Source of the DNA: Lama glama
Lineage: Eukaryota
Assembly: GCA_028534125.1 (NCBI GenBank)
Contig: CM052817.1
Span: 43,402,001 to 43,466,000 of the forward strand
Direction: 5' to 3'
DNA length: 64,000 bases
The position numbers were made by a program, and so were the translations under genes. This document shows, piece after piece, positions 61,301 through 64,000 of the stretch; positions within the stretch are counted from its first letter, which is position 1, and every line of letters starts with the position of its first letter. The notes under the pieces were generated by a model. It ran no database searches and was not told the origin of the DNA. It worked only from the letters and a program-made list of their open reading frames with translations.

Positions 61301-62645
61301 TCTCTAGCTAATCATCAATGACATTTCAGTAGGTACTGATATTTGGAATGAAAAGTTCAAAAAAAATTGTTAAGTCTCCCACTCTTCCATCACAGGAAAG
61401 AGTCATTCTTGCTATTACAGAGAAAAGAGCTTTGTGAAATATCATTCAGTAATAAATGACTTTGAAAATGTTTTTCAATAGGTCCCTTTGATCCAGCATG
61501 GGCTAGCCCAGAATTTCCCAAAAAGTGATAGCCATCCTATTAGTAGTATCCCAAAACATCTCATGTTGTATGTGGATGAAATTTTACTAAATGGTTGTGC
61601 ATAAATTTTAATACTATGGAAAAAAGTACAATTCTACATTAAGCCCATGATTTCATAGGTATTATTTATTAGGAAGAGGTCACAGTAAAAAAGTAACTGG
61701 ATTCAAAGATAAATATTAAGTCAATAATAAGATAGGTACTCGTGGGTCTAGCGAAAACGTACGTATGGAAGTGATGACTCGGGCTGAGAACTATGGCTCT
61801 TTACCGGGCCAGGGATTCCTATGATTACTCAAAGAGTTCCCTCGTCCTCCTTCAGCTGGGGTAACAGAATGGCTTGAATGCATCCTTTTTGATTCATTAC
61901 AATAACCTGACTGCGAGCCTCACATCACATGAGCTACTTTAAAAGAGCAGACAGGAACGGGGGGGTGCACTCAATTCCTATAACCATGCTCAGGCAGGAG
62001 ACAAAAAAATCAATGGACAAAGAGGAATTTTATGGCAGCAACATAGAGGTTCAAAAGTTTCCCTTCTGCAGAGAACAAGGGGACGGGACTTTCAAATCAA
62101 AGGTGCTCCTAACAAAATATACACTGCCCCCTGAGTTTGGGTGATGTGTTCTATTAATCTTTGCATGTCCTAAGTATCTCCATAATAGGTGCTTAATAAA
62201 TATTTGAATAAATAAATAACTACCCATATATCAAATTTATGAATATTGCAAAACAGTATCATCAACAAAACTTCACACGTAGGTGCAAGGACATTGTAGC
62301 TCTAGGAATGACACCTACCTTGGGCACAGTCTTCACGTGGAACAGTATGTTTTGGAAGGAGTGTCCATCACTGGCCTGCAAGACTGCGACATCGGAAGGG
62401 CTATCCGAGCCATCATGAGCATAAAGGAGAAGACCCCTGGAGAGCTCATCCAGCCGGAACTGATAGATTGGGGCTGCAGGGGACTGAAGGGCTTGGAGCA
62501 ACTGGCCATGGACTGGAGGATCCAGCACTTGGACCACCACGTCCTGTGGGTTGTCGTCATCTCGGATGTCAAGCAGCTGGGTGGTGATGGTTCCCCTCTC
62601 TCCTCTGCTAATGTGGAGGGCCTCATTTCTCAGCACATAAGGGGC
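2449..62645 (-). CDS. FRAS1: FRAS1, partial multi-exon CDS (19 internal exons, 3115 nt spliced) encoding the CSPG/NG2 repeat region; the gene extends beyond both window ends
   Basis: Exon translations match recalled mammalian FRAS1 (e.g. [80 protein letters not shown]). All junctions are GT-AG and the phases join into one open frame. Repeated FTQxDI...Y motifs are typical of CSPG repeats. Confidence 0.97.
2919..3038 (-). CDS. FRAS1: FRAS1 exon, 120 nt, phase 1/1: (G)[39 protein letters not shown](E)
   Basis: Acceptor cctttttacAG|GC; donor TTGG|GTAAGG; ORF track 2896..3276. Confidence 0.95.
4472..4660 (-). CDS. FRAS1: FRAS1 exon, 189 nt, phase 1/1: (G)[24 protein letters not shown]...SFTQADISQ(G)
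   Basis: Acceptor ttctcttccAG|GG; donor CAAG|GTCAGC; ORF track 4200..4631. Confidence 0.95.
6512..6775 (-). CDS. FRAS1: FRAS1 exon, 264 nt, phase 1/1: (G)[32 protein letters not shown]...NRGLRLSA(G)
   Basis: Long pyrimidine tract, then cttccttcctcAG|GT; donor GCAG|GTACCA; ORF track 6393..6722. Confidence 0.95.
7975..8128 (-). CDS. FRAS1: FRAS1 exon, 154 nt, phase 0/1: [29 protein letters not shown]...KKPGH(G)
   Basis: Acceptor gctttcatcAG|AGG; donor CATG|GTAGGA; ORF track 7919..8104. Confidence 0.95.
9144..9334 (-). CDS. FRAS1: FRAS1 exon, 191 nt, phase 1/0: (G)[63 protein letters not shown]
   Basis: Manual translation. Acceptor ctgttgatgcAG|GT; donor GAG|GTAAAG. Confidence 0.95.
11165..11348 (+). 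mobile_element. MER5A-like hAT-Charlie non-autonomous DNA transposon
   Basis: Termini cagcggttctc...gagaaccact are inverted repeats; internal gcacattaaagtttgagaaccact; about 185 bp. Confidence 0.8.
11500..11800 (+). mobile_element. L2 fragment
   Basis: ccttcaagttccaactcaaatgtcacttcctcag and gcaggagctgtgtcttgttc motifs. Confidence 0.5.
12734..12869 (-). CDS. FRAS1: FRAS1 exon, 136 nt, phase 0/1: [45 protein letters not shown](G)
   Basis: Manual translation. Acceptor ctctttcctAG|GTT; donor ACAG|GTACGA. Confidence 0.95.
13780..13972 (-). mobile_element. MIR SINE
   Basis: cctactgtgtgccagc...aggaaattgaggct...ccaaggccactcagctagt...ttgaactcaggtc core. Confidence 0.7.
14458..14620 (-). CDS. FRAS1: FRAS1 exon, 163 nt, phase 2/0: (R)[54 protein letters not shown]
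   Basis: Manual translation. Acceptor gcctgtctAG|G; donor ACG|GTAAAC; preceded by a 186-nt intron (14621-14806). Confidence 0.94.
14807..14955 (-). CDS. FRAS1: FRAS1 exon, 149 nt, phase 0/2: [49 protein letters not shown](R)
   Basis: Manual translation. Acceptor ttgcccgattAG|GAT; donor TTAG|GTAGGT. Confidence 0.93.
16850..18720 (-). mobile_element. Old L1 (L1M-type) ORF2 3' region and 3' UTR, degraded
   Basis: T-rich L1 antisense motifs (ctgaacattcttgtgcat, gttgcaaatatcttcttcc, cttcctattcacgaatatgg); boundaries approximate. Confidence 0.7.
18850..18990 (-). mobile_element. MIR SINE
   Basis: tacaaatgaggaaatggagccctagagagttaagtaacttgtcaggg core. Confidence 0.65.
20751..20998 (-). CDS. FRAS1: FRAS1 exon, 248 nt, phase 1/0: (G)[21 protein letters not shown]...TRAHLAYT
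   Basis: Acceptor ttattcttgaaAG|GT; donor ACT|GTAAGT; ORF track 20700..21056. Confidence 0.94.
21110..21390 (-). mobile_element. L3/CR1 LINE fragment (very ancient)
   Basis: ctcactgttttacaagggagccagttccact...agctcta...aaagttctt...atattgagtcaaaatctgcctc resembles the recalled L3/CR1 consensus. Confidence 0.6.
22926..23051 (-). CDS. FRAS1: FRAS1 exon, 126 nt, phase 1/1: (G)[41 protein letters not shown](G)
   Basis: Manual translation. Acceptor ctgctgactgcAG|GA; donor GCAG|GTAGCG. Confidence 0.92.
24152..24283 (-). CDS. FRAS1: FRAS1 exon, 132 nt, phase 1/1: (V)[43 protein letters not shown](G)
   Basis: Acceptor (TG)n-atctgttctAG|TT; donor ATAG|GTGAGA; ORF track 24054..24320. Confidence 0.93.
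   Translation of the reverse strand, partial: FQMESTQVQRWPSPFTCFPLTSTRRCCRSQLHCSRSAQEAALL
24295..24323 (+). repeat. (AC)14A microsatellite, read as (UG)n in the FRAS1 pre-mRNA
   Basis: Read directly from the sequence. Confidence 0.98.
26245..27575 (+). mobile_element. L1 (L1MC-like) ORF2 end and 3' UTR, 5'-truncated
   Basis: aattaactcaaaatggatcatagacctaaat..., ttcataattgccaaaacttggaagcaaccaagatgtcc; ORF 26785..27081 resembles the L1 ORF2 C-terminus ([19 protein letters not shown]). Confidence 0.85.
28135..30020 (+). mobile_element. L1 (L1MA-like) 5'-truncated copy: RT end to poly(A), frameshifted
   Basis: [17 protein letters not shown]...GYKINTQKS...IKYLGINLT is the L1 RT FADD region. Further ORF2 fragments lie at 28557-29247, followed by a 3' UTR and A-rich tail near 30005-30027. 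Confidence 0.92.
30492..33065 (-). mobile_element. Near full-length Tigger1 (TcMar/pogo) DNA transposon with a dead transposase
   Basis: Termini ta|caggcat (30490-30498) and cgaggtatgcc (33053-33063). Transposase fragments in ORFs 31938..32225 ([14 protein letters not shown]...NADEAALY), 31135..31431 ([15 protein letters not shown]) and 30671..31024, with multiple frameshifts and stops. Confidence 0.92.
31553..31671 (-). mobile_element. tRNA-derived SINE of the camelid Vic-1 type, nested in Tigger1
   Basis: Minus strand reads ggaggagtgtctagctcagtggtagagtgcatgcttagtatgcacaaggtcctgggttcaatccccagtacctcc...aacctaattacctacccc, with an A box (tagctcagtgg) and B box (ggttcaatcc). Family name from recall. 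Confidence 0.82.
33070..33212 (-). mobile_element. MIR SINE
   Basis: attatccccatt...cacagagaagttaagaaactttcccaa...tggatccagagtcttaaccatt. Confidence 0.55.
33486..33518 (-). CDS. FRAS1: FRAS1 33-nt microexon, phase 1/1: (G)[10 protein letters not shown](V)
   Basis: Manual translation. Acceptor ctgttctttcAG|GT; donor ACAG|GTAAAC. Fills the recalled FRAS1 peptide between FSFAG and [10 protein letters not shown]. Confidence 0.92.
34497..34775 (+). mobile_element. Cetartiodactyl-type L1 3' UTR fragment with a probable TSD
   Basis: gggatagattaggagtttggg...aacaacaaagacctactgtatagcacaggg...tataatggaaaagaa and aataaa tail. Flanked by aaaactcagtagttttg / aaacctcagcagctttg at a tt|aaaa site. Confidence 0.85.
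35250..35715 (-). mobile_element. Cetartiodactyl-type L1 3' fragment with TSD, inserted in L2-like sequence
   Basis: ttgaagtatagttgatttacaat...ttcattctttttttatggctgagtaatagt; flanked by acactgaccatttttt / acactgaccttttttt. Confidence 0.87.
36363..36500 (-). CDS. FRAS1: FRAS1 exon, 138 nt, phase 1/1: (G)[45 protein letters not shown](G)
   Basis: Acceptor ttcctccccAG|GC; donor GCTG|GTAAGG; ORF track 36235..36567. Confidence 0.95.
37987..38101 (-). CDS. FRAS1: FRAS1 exon, 115 nt, phase 0/1: [38 protein letters not shown](G)
   Basis: Manual translation (not in ORF track). Acceptor ttttgtgtAG|GCT; donor CAAG|GTGAGA. Confidence 0.94.
39990..40290 (+). mobile_element. L2 fragment
   Basis: ccagaatccaactgcttctcc...gccaccatctctctcctgg...cacagcagccagcgagat...actcagaataaag. 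Confidence 0.65.
41095..41565 (-). mobile_element. L1 (L1MA-like) 3' fragment interrupting L2-like sequence (about 40830-41990)
   Basis: tttaagtgtatagcacagtagtgttaactata...ggctattgtgaataatgctgcaatgaacatggg. Confidence 0.8.
41990..42110 (+). mobile_element. MER5A-like partial hAT element
   Basis: aagtgtggt...cagtatcacttgggaacctgtta...caaattctcagcc...ccagacctact. Confidence 0.55.
43514..43630 (-). CDS. FRAS1: FRAS1 exon, 117 nt, phase 0/0: [39 protein letters not shown]
   Basis: Acceptor gtcttttcAG|GTA; donor ACG|GTGAGT; ORF track 43454..43675. Confidence 0.93.
44560..44780 (-). mobile_element. MIR SINE
   Basis: taacattcactgaacg...cactgtgctag...gcagataaaaaactgaagg...caagatcacaaagc. Confidence 0.55.
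46480..47000 (-). mobile_element. Old L1 ORF2 fragment
   Basis: gaggtttgtccaattttattggcctttt, ttcttgagttaaatatttagttcatttattttc. Confidence 0.55.
47005..47371 (-). mobile_element. MLT1A-like MaLR solo LTR
   Basis: aataccatagact...ggcttataaacaacagaaatttattcctcacagctctggaggctgg...gggggacacaaacattcagtc; about 365 bp. Confidence 0.85.
47420..47610 (-). mobile_element. MIR SINE
   Basis: attaactcattaaatccttacaata...tacagatgaggaaactga...tttcccaaagt. Confidence 0.7.
47944..48122 (-). CDS. FRAS1: FRAS1 exon, 179 nt, phase 1/0: (G)[18 protein letters not shown]...SDSFRFQ
   Basis: Acceptor ctttcctAG|GG; donor CAG|GTACCC; ORF track 47926..48135. Confidence 0.95.
49323..49390 (+). repeat. Compound microsatellite (GT)12(GA)22
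   Basis: Read directly from the sequence. Confidence 0.98.
51590..51797 (+). mobile_element. Old L1 3' terminal fragment
   Basis: taatttcctggttttgataatt...gttatgtaagatattaacactgg...tactatttttgcaatttttcagtaagtctaaaatt, then an A-rich end. Confidence 0.7.
53422..53575 (-). CDS. FRAS1: FRAS1 exon, 154 nt, phase 0/1: [28 protein letters not shown]...QDHPQF(G)
   Basis: Acceptor tttattctAG|AAT; donor TTTG|GTAACT; ORF track 53327..53554. Confidence 0.95.
53890..54650 (-). mobile_element. L2 fragment
   Basis: attcattaagcacc...cagtctaatgaggaagagagacag...gtaatggctcaggtgagaga...gacgggccttgatgtctgattg. Confidence 0.5.
55691..56812 (-). mobile_element. L1 (L1MA-like) 3' fragment inserted inside a MER5A-like element (flanks about 55610-55690 and 56813-56870)
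   Basis: L1 antisense motifs (cttcagaattatgcatct, gatttcatttcctttggatagatactcagaagtg, ctgttggccatttgtatgtcttc). The flanks rejoin as gaatctgcattttaa|caagatccctgg...gtgagaagcatcg, which is MER5A-like. Confidence 0.85.
57219..57692 (-). mobile_element. Non-autonomous Tigger1 internal-deletion derivative (about 474 bp) with TA TSD
   Basis: Both Tigger1 terminal regions are joined with no transposase. Homologous to the ends of 30492-33065. Termini are ta|caagcacactttg and caaagtgtgcttg|ta. Confidence 0.88.
62319..62645 (-). CDS. FRAS1: FRAS1 exon, 327 nt, phase 0/0 (about human exon 29): [16 protein letters not shown]...LFHVKTVPK
   Basis: Acceptor ccttcaactccacAG|GCC; donor AAG|GTAGGT; ORF track 62262..62636. 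Confidence 0.95.
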
Positions 62646-64000
62646 CTGTGGAGTTGAAGGGAAGGAGAAGGGAAGCCACTAGCAGGAAAAGACTGGACAA
62701 TCCAGTGAGCCAGATGCCAGGTGTGTGCAAGCTGATTGATATTTCTGTGCTTTTTAAGGAACTCTACATGCTCCAGTGAAGTGCCAAACTCTTGCATAGG
62801 CAGAGCATTTATCACAGGTGTAGTCAGTCACAGGAATCACTGCAAAGGAGGTTACTTTACACCTCGGGTTCTGGAGGTTTCTTAAGCCACATCCAGACCA
62901 TGGTATTGATCAGGGACAATCAAGGTGAGCTGCTTGCTTCTACATCTCTGAAGTCTCTGCTGTCTTGATTTACACTACATCCCCTGCATGGTAACTGAGA
63001 TCACCTCAGTGTCAAGGAACTCAGTCAGTCTGCAGCCAAGGGAGACTAATGAGAGGTATGGAGCTTTGGCATCTGTGCTGGGAGTTGAGCGCTTCACTCC
63101 AGGCTACGCTGCAGCATGCAGATTTGGAGTGAGACACCGACACGGTCTCCACTCATGCTCTTTCTGGTCCTTCCCAGTCATTTCCCTCAAGCTGTCTCAT
63201 CCATATCAGGAAGCGGCCCACCTCAACTCAGAGTATAAAGCCTGATAAGATCATGGTCTGGGTAAGGCAGCCACCTGGTTAATTCATGTGGCAAATTTTA
63301 ATATGTTTTCCTTAGGATTATCAGGTTTTCCTCCAGCAACTTCAGTAAGCAGATAAAATGTTCTTTCATAAAGATAAAAGTTAATGAACCACAACAGGAA
63401 AAAAAAAAACAACTCACCCCTCCAAAAAAATCGAGGTGAGAAGCCAAAGAAAATATTATCTTAGTTTTTTATATCGTTTGAAGTTAAACCATCTAGGACT
63501 TCTCTCAGCACACTGCCTTCTTTAATCCAAATGGCTTTCTTTTTAAAATACTCCCCACCCCCCGGCCTCCTGGAAATTTCAATATCTATTAAAGTAATGT
63601 CTAACTAATGCATCTTTATAATAATCACATAATAGGATATGAAAAGATAGCTACTCCCCAGGATTCCCAAGTGAGAATTCAAAAGCTGGGATTCTATATG
63701 TGGGAATGAATAGCCCCTTGGATTCTTAAAGAGGTGATGTCAAAATCCATAAGTGGGAAAGATCAACTTAGCTCACATGAGGAAATCTTAGGGAGACTTA
63801 AAACCATATTGAAATAGCACAGAACTGTAAAGGAACAAAAATAAGCTAAAATTAATTTCTAAAATTCCATTTAAAAAAATGCTACAATGATAAAAGTTTC
63901 TCATATAATAAGTAAAATAAAAATGTGCCCTCACCATCTACTCCATTTATTTGGGGAAAGCAAACAAACAAAAATCTGGGAACCATGGCAACTTATCATC

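Noticed and set aside
62283..62657. Plus-strand ORFs antisense to FRAS1 exons (also 2535..2930, 6505..6699, 20887..21183, 36331..36657, 47999..48253)
   Set aside because: Shadow ORFs expected opposite GC-richer coding exons; no recognisable domains or independent gene structure.
1..64000. CRISPR arrays, operons, prokaryotic or viral systems, nested genes, snoRNA or miRNA genes, processed pseudogenes
   Set aside because: I saw no repeat-spacer arrays, long intact non-FRAS1 ORFs or recognisable structured RNA genes. Small ncRNAs cannot be excluded without an Infernal/Rfam search.

Overview
Mammalian genomic DNA, most likely a camelid (it contains a Vic-1-like tRNA-derived SINE and cetartiodactyl-type L1 3' ends). 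The whole window lies inside FRAS1 (Fraser extracellular matrix complex subunit 1), transcribed on the minus strand. I located 19 consecutive internal coding exons between 62645 and 2449. All have GT-AG boundaries with matching phases and splice into one open 3115-nt frame (about 1038 codons) encoding the CSPG/NG2-type (cadherin-like) repeat region. From memory of the human gene these are about exons 29-47; the numbering is recalled, not computed. Seven exons, including a 33-nt microexon, are absent from the ORF track in their coding frame. The introns contain ancient and lineage-specific transposable elements: L1, L2, L3/CR1, MIR, MER5A, an MLT1 LTR, a near full-length Tigger1 with two nested insertions, and a short Tigger1 derivative. 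I found no previously undescribed gene system. The best leads are a (UG)14 tract plus tandem acceptor at one exon, an intronic read-through tail resembling the human short isoform, a Tigger1 derivative with symmetrically altered terminal repeats, an inverted L1 pair upstream of the microexon, and a CpG-rich divergent exon. TE family calls and boundaries are by eye and approximate.
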